Below are positions 1-7,727 of a stretch of 64,000 nucleotides of DNA, in pieces. Location: positions 1 through 64,000 of IMG/VR virus record IMGVR_UViG_3300014204_000010; one strand, 5' to 3'. Positions within the stretch are counted from its first letter, which is position 1. The number at the start of each line of letters is the position of its first letter. Both the position numbers and the translations under genes were made by a program. The notes beneath the pieces are model-generated. The model saw nothing but the letters and a program-made list of their open reading frames with translations, searched no databases and was not told where the DNA came from. This DNA comes from a virus. Its lineage: Duplodnaviria > Caudoviricetes.

Positions 1-4
1 GGGG

Positions 5-298
5 ATGGATTTTGCTTTTTGGTATTATCCCCGGGATACCCATGCTGAAGGTCATCTTTTCGGAAAGCCTTTCACTGTCAGAGAAATGATTGTAGCCCTT
101 CGGAAAGAGGTGCAACTTCACCCGGAACTTTTGGTGAAGTGTCCAGTAATTTGGACGGTTGTTAAAACCGAAGGATATGATTACATGGTGGAGGCCGTGA
201 GCCCTCAAGAAGCTTGCAATTTAGTAGCTAAGGGAAAAGGGGAAAGAACTGCAAAAGCAGATCCGGTTACTTCTTACAAAGCGAGGTTGGGCTTATGA
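5..298 (+). CDS. Hypothetical phage protein
   Basis: 97-aa ORF, stop overlaps next start (ATGA-type coupling); no recognised motif. Confidence 0.6.
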   Translation: MDFAFWYYPRDTHAEGHLFGKPFTVREMIVALRKEVQLHPELLVKCPVIWTVVKTEGYDYMVEAVSPQEACNLVAKGKGERTAKADPVTSYKARLGL

Positions 299-759
299 AA
301 TATGCCGAAGTAGGAACAATAAGCTGGGCAACTATGCGGGAAGAGGATTTGATTCCCATATTTGCCCAACAGCTTCTTAAACTAGCTAAGACTCAGACTC
401 CCAAAATGATTGATCATATCAGGGAGGCTAATAAAATCCTTAGCAGAGTGGCCGTTAAGGAGGGATACTACGGAACAGAAGAATCCTCCACGGATTTGAA
501 TGAGACCCTATTTGATGCTCTTAATTACTATGCCCCGGTAGGGTGCTACTTCGGTGCCCATCCCGCAGATGGCTCAGATTATGGATTCTGGCCCTCAGAG
601 GATTTTGATCGAGAAGTCGATCTTATAGTCCCCGAGAAACTGAACCATGTGTTCGACAAAGACCCGAAATTTACGGGTCTAGTCCTAGTCAACTCAGTCC
701 ACAGGACCACTCTGTACTATTTGTATCAGGGTGTTCCTCTCAAACTATGGGAAATATGA
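295..759 (+). CDS. Hypothetical phage protein
   Basis: 154-aa ORF in coupled operon; conserved-looking GCYFGAHPADGSDYGFW segment; function unknown. Confidence 0.7.
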   Translation: MKYAEVGTISWATMREEDLIPIFAQQLLKLAKTQTPKMIDHIREANKILSRVAVKEGYYGTEESSTDLNETLFDALNYYAPVGCYFGAHPADGSDYGFWPSEDFDREVDLIVPEKLNHVFDKDPKFTGLVLVNSVHRTTLYYLYQGVPLKLWEI

Positions 760-959
760 TTATGGATAAATGTCGGAATCACCCCGAAAGACATGCAGTT
801 TGTTGGCGTAAACCATTAAACTTTGACGAACCCCCGGAGGTACTATTGTGTCTTGCTTGTGCAATAGAAGAAGATCATGCCGGGATTTTGACAGAAGAAC
901 GAACTCTTCGGTTAGATGAGGGAAGACTTCGGAGAAAAAGCAGAGGGAAGCCCGAGTAA
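756..959 (+). CDS. Small Cys/His-containing hypothetical protein
   Basis: ATG 756 overlaps upstream TGA; CRNH...CW...CLAC possible metal site. Confidence 0.6.
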   Translation: MIMDKCRNHPERHAVCWRKPLNFDEPPEVLLCLACAIEEDHAGILTEERTLRLDEGRLRRKSRGKPE

Positions 960-999
960 TCGGGCTTTAATGCACACGATCGGTCCCAAGTCCGATCGT
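948..999 (+). terminator. Tandem stem-loops, possible terminator or processing site
   Basis: AAGCCCGA-GTAA-TCGGGCTT (GNRA loop) and ACGATCGG-N8-CCGATCGT followed by AATTTT. Confidence 0.6.
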
Positions 1000-1025
1000 A
1001 ATTTTATGAAAGGAGGAAAGAGAGT

Positions 1026-1085
1026 ATGAAAAGAACCAGAAAACTGTGCTACCCTGTAGTCTTTTCTGAGGAGAAAAACGAATGA
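1026..1085 (+). CDS. 19-aa leader peptide (MKRTRKLCYPVVFSEEKNE)
   Basis: Strong AGGAGG SD upstream; its TGA overlaps the ATG at 1082. Confidence 0.45.
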   Translation: MKRTRKLCYPVVFSEEKNE

Positions 1086-1999
1086 GAACACTCCGAAGTG
1101 AACTGATCGAAAAGGGTTTGGTCAAGGATTCTTCTAAGAAGAAAAAATGGACGGCTGAGCAAGAAATTTCAGCCCATTTATCCGGGGAGATTCAGGGGTA
1201 TCATTTGATGATACCGAAACCAAAAGGTAAAGGTAGAATAGTAAAAAGAACAGGGAGGCATGGTAAAGTGAAAGAAATATCAATAAGAAAGGTAAATCTT
1301 AACACGACGGGAGCAAATATTCTCCGTATATTCTGGGAATCTCCAAAAGAATCCTTCACCAGAGATCAGGTGGCTAAGAGACTGAGGACAGTTATGGACA
1401 ACGTGGTACCTACTGGCACTCTTGCTGCGGTCTTGGCGAGAAGCCTTAGGTATAAGGTGCTTCTTAATCTCGGTCCCATCGAAGGGAGCAGGATAAGTCA
1501 TTACCAGTTCAATGAGGGTCTTTATGAAGAATTTGGATTAAAGGTCCCGTTAGAAAAGGTTTACGAGGTCTTTTTAGACGGAGAAGCCGATCTCAGAAGG
1601 AATGGTAAGCTTCTGAGAAAGAAAACTCCTGCCCCTGAGAAGGAGGTCGAATCCCCGAAGCTTTGTCCCAGATGTCATAAGCCTCTTACCACTACAGAAA
1701 CAGACGGTCTCTGGTGTGATAATGGCTGCTATGAAAGCGAAGCGGCTGTGTGGAATGCCATTCAGGAGAGTATAAAGAAGGACATTCAAATGGAATTGGA
1801 GCCCGAAAGGGAAAAGCAAATTCAGGAGTTCTTGAAGCTTCTCCCTGGTCTTTCTATTTCGGAAGCTTGGCTGAGTGACGGTAAGGATCGTACAATAACG
1901 ATCATAGCCGGCAAAAGTGGGCCTGGCGTCCAGAAAGTTGCCCTTCAAATCAAGATTTACGATATTCAAGGTGAAGTCACCAGAAAGGAGTTCTTATGA
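1082..1999 (+). CDS. Putative DNA-binding protein (winged-helix-like segment plus zinc ribbon)
   Basis: ILRIFWESPKESFTRDQVAKRL HTH-like segment; CPRC...CDNGC zinc ribbon; basic N-terminus. Confidence 0.55.
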   Translation: MRTLRSELIEKGLVKDSSKKKKWTAEQEISAHLSGEIQGYHLMIPKPKGKGRIVKRTGRHGKVKEISIRKVNLNTTGANILRIFWESPKESFTRDQVAKRLRTVMDNVVPTGTLAAVLARSLRYKVLLNLGPIEGSRISHYQFNEGLYEEFGLKVPLEKVYEVFLDGEADLRRNGKLLRKKTPAPEKEVESPKLCPRCHKPLTTTETDGLWCDNGCYESEAAVWNAIQESIKKDIQMELEPEREKQIQEFLKLLPGLSISEAWLSDGKDRTITIIAGKSGPGVQKVALQIKIYDIQGEVTRKEFL

Positions 2000-2235
2000 G
2001 TGAGTCAGTGGTAGCTAAGAAGGAAACACTCGATCCTAGCCAGCGTTTTCGAGCGTTGCTAACCCGGAAAGGTTACGTCATTTACGACTACGGTAAATAC
2101 ACAACTGTGGTCGAGGATGGGAAAGAGGTACTTTTTGACAAGCCAGAAAAAGCAGCGGATATGGTCAACTATTTAAATGATCTCTCGGTCTTGATGCCGA
2201 GAGACCCCAAAGTAAAGTTTGGGGGATACAGCTAA
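1996..2235 (+). CDS. Hypothetical protein
   Basis: 79-aa ORF coupled to upstream gene. Confidence 0.6.
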   Translation: MSESVVAKKETLDPSQRFRALLTRKGYVIYDYGKYTTVVEDGKEVLFDKPEKAADMVNYLNDLSVLMPRDPKVKFGGYS

Positions 2236-2242
2236 ACCCTGT

Positions 2243-2260
2243 GGGGAGCTTAGGCTCCCC
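2243..2260 (+). terminator. GC-rich hairpin ending the first operon
   Basis: GGGGAGC-TTAG-GCTCCCC after stop 2235; no clear U-tract. Confidence 0.5.
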
Positions 2261-2295
2261 GGCGTCTAATAAACTAAGGGTTGGAAGACGCTTTT

Positions 2296-2339
2296 TCATA
2301 TCTTTTGCTTGACAATATGATTTGAAAGAGATATGATTT
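2296..2339 (+). promoter_or_regulatory. Sigma70-type promoter with overlapping operator-like boxes
   Basis: TTGACA (2309-2314), 17 bp, TATGAT (2332-2337); ATATGATTT direct repeat at 2315 and 2331; inverted TCATAT at 2296. Confidence 0.8.
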
Positions 2340-2365
2340 TTATCTAGGAAGGAGAGTGAGAGGAT

Positions 2366-2779
2366 ATGGCACTTTTCGATGAGAAACAAGTGGTGACACT
2401 TACTCCGAAACCAGGATTGATTCGAAGACGGCAGCCTTTGGTTCCGGAGGAACTGCCTAAAGCAATACTCACCAGAAAAACTCCGTTTGTCTCTACAAAT
2501 TCGGAACCCTGTCTCTATGAGCCAGAAGTCCGGATATTAACTGGACAGCTCTGGAACAGAAGATGGGCTCCTAAATGGGATGACAGAGAAGTGGCGGAAA
2601 ACTGTGAACACCTCGTCCGGGTTTGTGAGAAATTCCACAAATCGGTACCCTCAGTTTTGGCAAAGATGAAACTCAAAGCTACCAGTAATTTAGATTTCTA
2701 TAGTCTCGTGGACTTTGTCTGTGAAGGTGTATTAGATTGGGAACTTCGGCAGAAGCTAACCCCTAAACGAAAGGAATGA
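2366..2779 (+). CDS. Hypothetical protein with N-terminal TLTPKPGLIRRR motif
   Basis: 137-aa ORF, AGGA SD, first gene after promoter. Confidence 0.75.
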   Translation: MALFDEKQVVTLTPKPGLIRRRQPLVPEELPKAILTRKTPFVSTNSEPCLYEPEVRILTGQLWNRRWAPKWDDREVAENCEHLVRVCEKFHKSVPSVLAKMKLKATSNLDFYSLVDFVCEGVLDWELRQKLTPKRKE

Positions 2780-2964
2780 AGATGGCTCAAGATGAAGATA
2801 AAAAAGCCTGCTACATTCGGTTTCCGGAACAAGTGAAGCTTAGAATGGATCATCAGCAGGAGCGACTAGGGGGGATTACCAGGAACGCCTTCGTAACTAT
2901 GTCGGTAGTTAGATACCTGGAAGCCTTAGAGAAAGAAGAGAGAGAATTAGGGGAAAGGAGGTAA
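2776..2964 (+). CDS. Ribbon-helix-helix (Arc/CopG-like) regulator
   Basis: KKACYIRFPEQVK beta strand plus helix, G-ITRNAFV second helix; 62 aa. Confidence 0.7.
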   Translation: MKMAQDEDKKACYIRFPEQVKLRMDHQQERLGGITRNAFVTMSVVRYLEALEKEERELGERR

Positions 2965-2967
2965 ATC

Positions 2968-3444
2968 TTGATTTGTCTCTATTGTAAGGATTTCCAATAT
3001 TCTTCTGCGCGGATTAAAGAACAGAGGTTCTGTCGATTCACGCAGAAGATGGTGGAAAGGACGGATGAACATTGTCATCATCCCGACCCAGTAAAGTACT
3101 TTTGGTGTAGAAGAGCCGAATGCTTCCTGGATGTAGTAGTCTGCATCAGTCGGCAGAGCAAAGGTAATCGGGATTGTGCAACTTGTAGGAAACAAAAGAC
3201 GGAGATTTATGACCTACGGAAGATCATAAACCGCTATAAACCGAGACCGGAAATTCCAATAACACCGGTCATTGTCAACGATGAGGACGACAACGAGAAG
3301 GAAGAGTGGGAAGAAAGTGCTCCCGTTCATACTCCCGTGAAACTGATCAGAAGATCGGAAAAGACTGATTCGGATTTACCACCAAAAGAAGAAGAACCCA
3401 CAGTAACATTAATACCAAAAACAACCTTGATACGCCGGAGATAA
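2968..3444 (+). CDS. Cys-rich metal-binding protein with disordered tail
   Basis: TTG start with GGAGG SD; about 8 Cys in N-half; acidic/Pro tail ending TLIPKTTLIRRR. Confidence 0.7.
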   Translation: MICLYCKDFQYSSARIKEQRFCRFTQKMVERTDEHCHHPDPVKYFWCRRAECFLDVVVCISRQSKGNRDCATCRKQKTEIYDLRKIINRYKPRPEIPITPVIVNDEDDNEKEEWEESAPVHTPVKLIRRSEKTDSDLPPKEEEPTVTLIPKTTLIRRR

Positions 3445-3456
3445 AAGGGGGACTCG

Positions 3457-3786
3457 ATGGCAAAGGATTCTGAAGACGATTTTGTATCAGCGGCAACTAT
3501 TTACTTTGGTAGGTGGGAAACCGAAGAATCTCTGCAAGATGAGATTCAGGATTCCCCTGAAAAAGAGGTCATGTTTTTGTCCTTCTTGCAGTCGTTGAAA
3601 GGAGAAGTCCAACTTTTCGCTCACACAATACTGACCTTACCTTCGGATATGTTTTACCTTAACGGAAAGTTGAAGACCGACCAAGCGGAGAGGTTTATGA
3701 AAGAAAAATACGGATGGTCAAGAGGCAAGTTTGAGAAAGCCCGAGAAAAATTAGTCCAAGAAATTCTTGCCCATCAGTCATCCTAG
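3457..3786 (+). CDS. Hypothetical protein, possibly sigma region-4-like helical domain
   Basis: Helical C-terminus KEKYGWSRGKFEKAREKL resembles C-termini of phage sigma-like proteins; function is inference only. Confidence 0.5.
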   Translation: MAKDSEDDFVSAATIYFGRWETEESLQDEIQDSPEKEVMFLSFLQSLKGEVQLFAHTILTLPSDMFYLNGKLKTDQAERFMKEKYGWSRGKFEKAREKLVQEILAHQSS

Positions 3787-3792
3787 GAAATT

Positions 3793-3822
3793 CTACGGGC
3801 TTTTCAGTTTTTATGATATACT
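3793..3822 (+). promoter_or_regulatory. Extended -10 promoter, CNNCGG class
   Basis: CTACGGG ... TGATATACT; CGG 21 bp before the -10 hexamer as at 13656 and 27899. Confidence 0.65.
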
Positions 3823-3852
3823 AAAGACAGCAATAAAAAATCAGGAGAAAGG

Positions 3853-3876
3853 GTGGGAGGGGTTTTCCCCTCCCAC
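3853..3876 (+). promoter_or_regulatory. Perfect 10-bp hairpin in helicase leader
   Basis: GTGGGAGGGG-TTTT-CCCCTCCCAC between AGGAG SD and ATG 3889. Confidence 0.6.
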
Positions 3877-3888
3877 GTGAGAGAGAAG

Positions 3889-5265
3889 ATGATTATAACC
3901 TACCGAAATCCTTCAGAATGTAGTGTGAGTATTCCTGATGGAAGGAGAATAAATCCTTGTCTATCCTATGAAGCTGTGTACTATAAGCAAGGACCTTACC
4001 ATAAGGAGCGTAAGGTTTACCAAGCCAATGCTCTCTTCTCCCATAAGGCATACCCGCACGATGTTTTCTTTCATACAGGGTTACTTAGAAGGATTATGAA
4101 CTACTGTAAAGAGCAAAACATTTCCGTGGAGATAGCAGGAAAACCCAAAATACTCCTAACAAGAGATCCAAACTTAAATGGTATAACCTTTAAAGAAGAT
4201 CAATTAAGGTTGATAAAGAAGGGTTTGCTTCATCAAAGAGGGCAGCTTATATCTCCGACGGGTACGGGAAAGACCATCATTGGTCTAGCTGTACTTTCGT
4301 CCCTCCCCCGAAATAACCGATACCTATGGACATGCCATACTAAAGACTTGATGTATCAAACATGGGAGGAAGCCAGAAAATTCTTCCCCTCGGTCGGGAG
4401 AGCAGGTGATGGATACAAGGAAACGGATAAGCAGATCATTGTGGGCATTAATAAGACTCTCCGGGGACTTATGGATAATGGCATGCTTCCCGAAGTTCAT
4501 GGTGTAATTGTCGATGAATCCCACAACATATCCAAACTTGACAACGACTATGCCAATCTCATATTCCGAATGCCTTGCTACTTCAGGATCGGATTGACTG
4601 CTTCCCCGACAACTCCTGAGAAAGATGGAGAACCCGGATTTGCAAGTGAGGGTTTGCTCGGTCCGATACTAGGTGAGTTTACCATAAAAGAAGCTACAGA
4701 GAAAGGTATTCTTGCCAAAGTATCGGTGAGGATGATTAAAATACCCATTGATTACGACATAAAATACATTCAAAAATATAAGGATGCTTACGAGGAGGGT
4801 ATAGTCAAGAGACTGGATAAGCTCCAAGCAATAGCAGAGGTTGCGGCTAAGCATGTTAATGCCGGAGACTCTGTGTTGATTATGGTTACCCGAAGAGATC
4901 ATGGAGAAAACTTAGGTAATGTTCTGGCAAGTATGGGTGTCCCGTGTACTTACGTTCACGGAGATGCTAGTGGAATTTTCAGGAACGAAACTAAGGAAAA
5001 ACTTAACTCCAAAGAAATCAAATGTGTTATAGCCACAGTTGTATGGAAAGAAGGTATTAACATACCGGAATTAAACGTAATCATCTATGCTGGAGAAGGA
5101 AAAGGTGATAGGGCTGTCATTCAGTCCATTGGGAGAGGTACTAGAATTACCGAAACTAAGAAAGTCCTTATCTACTATGACATCTTTGATCCTTCAAACT
5201 CCTACTTTATGGAACATTTTGGTCTAAGGTTCATGTTGTACTGTGACCTAGGATGGGTGACATAA
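3889..5265 (+). CDS. Superfamily 2 DNA helicase (UvsW/D10-like)
   Basis: SPTGTGKT Walker A, VIVDESH, GLTAS motif III, QSIGRGTR motif VI; alternative GTG start 3853. Confidence 0.92.
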   Translation: MIITYRNPSECSVSIPDGRRINPCLSYEAVYYKQGPYHKERKVYQANALFSHKAYPHDVFFHTGLLRRIMNYCKEQNISVEIAGKPKILLTRDPNLNGITFKEDQLRLIKKGLLHQRGQLISPTGTGKTIIGLAVLSSLPRNNRYLWTCHTKDLMYQTWEEARKFFPSVGRAGDGYKETDKQIIVGINKTLRGLMDNGMLPEVHGVIVDESHNISKLDNDYANLIFRMPCYFRIGLTASPTTPEKDGEPGFASEGLLGPILGEFTIKEATEKGILAKVSVRMIKIPIDYDIKYIQKYKDAYEEGIVKRLDKLQAIAEVAAKHVNAGDSVLIMVTRRDHGENLGNVLASMGVPCTYVHGDASGIFRNETKEKLNSKEIKCVIATVVWKEGINIPELNVIIYAGEGKGDRAVIQSIGRGTRITETKKVLIYYDIFDPSNSYFMEHFGLRFMLYCDLGWVT

Positions 5266-5432
5266 TGAAACTATTCGGGCAGAAGTTGGAATCTTCAGGT
5301 ACTTGGGCTTGTTTTCCTGGAGACAATTCCTCCTTGCTTCTGCCCGATTTCCAATAAATAGGAGGTGAGGAGCGATGATGGAACTTCCAAAAATTAAATC
5401 CCAATATGGTGTGATGGTAAAAAGGAGGGGTG

Positions 5433-5714
5433 ATGGAATATAATAAAATAGAAATTGAGCTTCCGGTAGGAACTGATATTTCCAATACATTTGTAGACAG
5501 ACTGGTCAGCTTACTTACCGAGGATCTTTGTGAGGAAATAACGAAGAAAAATCCGGGTTTGAGTGCCTGGATATCCGGAATAGGGGCAAAACCTTCCTAC
5601 TCTAGGATTGATGCTGCACTACTTGGAAAAACCACATACTCCCCACTAATTAAGGATGGGGATGAACCTGTATATGATGACTCAATTCTCCACATCGAAA
5701 TAAGTGTAAGGTGA
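5433..5714 (+). CDS. Hypothetical protein
   Basis: 93-aa ORF with AGGAGG SD. Confidence 0.65.
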   Translation: MEYNKIEIELPVGTDISNTFVDRLVSLLTEDLCEEITKKNPGLSAWISGIGAKPSYSRIDAALLGKTTYSPLIKDGDEPVYDDSILHIEISVR

Positions 5715-5715
5715 A

Positions 5716-5871
5716 ATGCAGAGACTACTTAATACCGGGTTAGCAATGATCCATATGTTTTTTGTTGTCCTGATTGCTATTGCTATCCTGGATGCAGTAA
5801 CATGGAAACCGGATACCTATGTCTGTTTTGATACGGTCAAAGGTGTCGTTTGTTTAAGAACTTCCCAATAA
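5716..5871 (+). CDS. Small membrane protein (51 aa)
   Basis: Hand-translated; hydrophobic stretch MFFVVLIAIAILDAV; fills the gap between two ORFs. Confidence 0.5.
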   Translation: MQRLLNTGLAMIHMFFVVLIAIAILDAVTWKPDTYVCFDTVKGVVCLRTSQ

Positions 5872-5885
5872 GAAAGGAATAAAGA

Positions 5886-6221
5886 ATGGAACTTCCGAAG
5901 GTTTACAAACCTGTCACTTTGCGACCGAAGACCTCCATAGGGATAAAACAACGCCGTTTCGGCGTAATGGTCGAAACTGACGGAGAAAATAAAGGTGGTG
6001 TATTCGGTCCTTATGAAAAATTGGAGACTGCTTTGGAGGTAATTCCGTCATATTCGGATTTAGGTATGAATACAAACTTTGACTCACCTCCCCTTGATTT
6101 GTCCAAAACTAAATTCGTAATCTGCTATCTTAACGGATTAGATTATGTAAACCTCTATGAATGGAACTTTGGTAAAGATCAATGGGAAATGCGTGAAGGG
6201 GTGGAAATAAAGGATATATAA
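5886..6221 (+). CDS. Hypothetical protein
   Basis: 111-aa ORF with AAGGA SD. Confidence 0.65.
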   Translation: MELPKVYKPVTLRPKTSIGIKQRRFGVMVETDGENKGGVFGPYEKLETALEVIPSYSDLGMNTNFDSPPLDLSKTKFVICYLNGLDYVNLYEWNFGKDQWEMREGVEIKDI

Positions 6222-6242
6222 TTAAGGAGGAAAAGATGAATC

Positions 6243-6389
6243 ATGGAAAAAGAAATAGACGAAGAAGTTTGGAAAAAAAGATGGACTAAGTTAGTCGAAG
6301 ACGCCGCTGAAGCCATTGAAATCTTCGGAGAGGATGAATTAGAAGAATATGCCAAACGCCTACGTAGACATAATACGGTACCTGAATGA
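6243..6389 (+). CDS. Small acidic helical protein (48 aa)
   Basis: Hand-translated MEKEIDEEVWKKRW...; AAGGAGG upstream; overlaps primase start. Confidence 0.45.
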   Translation: MEKEIDEEVWKKRWTKLVEDAAEAIEIFGEDELEEYAKRLRRHNTVPE

Positions 6390-7245
6390 CCACCACATTC
6401 ACATTGACTATGCTGGGAAGAATGTATCCGAAGGGTGGATAGGGATTCGCTGTATCTTCTGTTCGGATCACTCCAATCATTTGGGGTTTAATATGTCCTC
6501 AAAGGCATATAATTGCTTCAAGTGTGGCCAGTTTGGCAATGTTGTTGATTTTATTCAGATTCTTGATCGGTGTGACCTGAAGCAGGCCATAAGGATCTCC
6601 AGATCATATCAGAGCATTGATTCTTTCATACCCCCTACTGAAAAAAAGCGGTCCTCCGCAGACTCAGCACAGCTCCCATTCGATTCCACAAAGCAATTCA
6701 AGACAAGACATCTCGAATTTTTACGCAGCAGAAGGTACGAACCGGAGAAGCTGATTAAACAATATGACCTCTATGTTACTGGACCTTCGGGTGATTTCAA
6801 GCACCGGATAATAATCCCTGTGTTTTACAAAGGGGAGATGGTTACTTACGTCGGAAGAGACTTTACTGGAAGAGCGGAAGTTCCATATAAGAACTGTCCT
6901 GATGAACGCTCCGTAATCTCCCCGAAGAAAATACTTTATAACCTGGATGAGACAGATTCTACTCTTTGTTGGGTGGAGGGTTTCTTCGATGTGGCCAGAT
7001 TCGGTGAAGGTGCAGTCTGTTCGTTTGGTACTAAATGGACTTCAGAACAATTGGCTTTACTAATTGGTAAGAAAAGACTCTATATCTGGTTTGATGGGGA
7101 TGCCCAGAGAGAAGCAAAGCGGTTAGCTAGTGCGGCTTCTGCATTTATTCCCCATGTAGAAAACTTAAATTTCCCTGAAATAAAGGATCCTGACTCGTTA
7201 TCAGATGCGGAAATGTCGGAAATAAAAGAAGAATTAGGGTTTTAA
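6349..7245 (+). CDS. dnaG: DnaG-type DNA primase
   Basis: N-terminal zinc finger CIFC..H...CFKC; TOPRIM WVEGFFD, FDGD, KDPD. Confidence 0.9.
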   Translation: MPNAYVDIIRYLNDHHIHIDYAGKNVSEGWIGIRCIFCSDHSNHLGFNMSSKAYNCFKCGQFGNVVDFIQILDRCDLKQAIRISRSYQSIDSFIPPTEKKRSSADSAQLPFDSTKQFKTRHLEFLRSRRYEPEKLIKQYDLYVTGPSGDFKHRIIIPVFYKGEMVTYVGRDFTGRAEVPYKNCPDERSVISPKKILYNLDETDSTLCWVEGFFDVARFGEGAVCSFGTKWTSEQLALLIGKKRLYIWFDGDAQREAKRLASAASAFIPHVENLNFPEIKDPDSLSDAEMSEIKEELGF

Positions 7246-7253
7246 ATATTTTC

Positions 7254-7282
7254 TTGACATATCAATTTAGCTGTGATCTAAT
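7254..7282 (+). promoter_or_regulatory. Sigma70-type promoter for the initiator operon
   Basis: TTGACA, 17 bp ending TGA, TCTAAT; predicted +1 near 7289. Confidence 0.75.
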
Positions 7283-7288
7283 TGCAGC

Positions 7289-7462
7289 GTTCGGGTAACA
7301 AAAGGATTGTAGAAGCGGGGGGAAGTAATTGTGCCTATTTACCATAAAAGCTTTTTTGCAGAGTTGGGTGGACATCTCTACTATTCTTTAGCCCGAACAG
7401 CCAAGAATAAAGACATGTTGCTTAAACCCCGGTCTACCCGATTCTGCAATAAAGCTTTTTTT
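7289..7462 (+). ncRNA. Structured leader or small RNA with two mutually exclusive long helices and U7 tract
   Basis: Helix A 7289-7313/7377-7398; helix B 7346-7373/7432-7459 (27 of 28 paired, 3 G-U); T7 at 7456-7462. Confidence 0.7.
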
Positions 7463-7517
7463 GTACCAACTTTTCCTGAATCACCACCAAAATAAAATAT
7501 AAAGGGGGAAAAATGTT

Positions 7518-7727
7518 ATGCTGGATGACCAAGTTAAACCTTTGTACTTTGGAGACGGGGAAGACCCAGATGAAGACGATTGGGATGATGAAGAGGACGA
7601 CTTCGAAGACGAAGAGGACGATTGGGATGACTTTGAAGATGAAGAGGAAGAGGACGACTGGGATGAGGAAAACGATATAGATGATACCCCAGACGATGAG
7701 GAAGATGAAGACGAGGTGGAAGGTTGA
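7518..7727 (+). CDS. Extremely acidic 69-aa peptide
   Basis: 46 of 69 residues D/E, periodic W/F; GGGGG SD; TGA overlaps TTG start of initiator. Confidence 0.75.
   Translation: MLDDQVKPLYFGDGEDPDEDDWDDEEDDFEDEEDDWDDFEDEEEEDDWDEENDIDDTPDDEEDEDEVEG

Noticed and set aside
7513-7680. Alternative-frame basic 55-aa ORF overlapping the acidic peptide
   Set aside because: ATG is only 4 nt from the SD; the composition is the expected by-product of GAY/GAR repeats read in another frame
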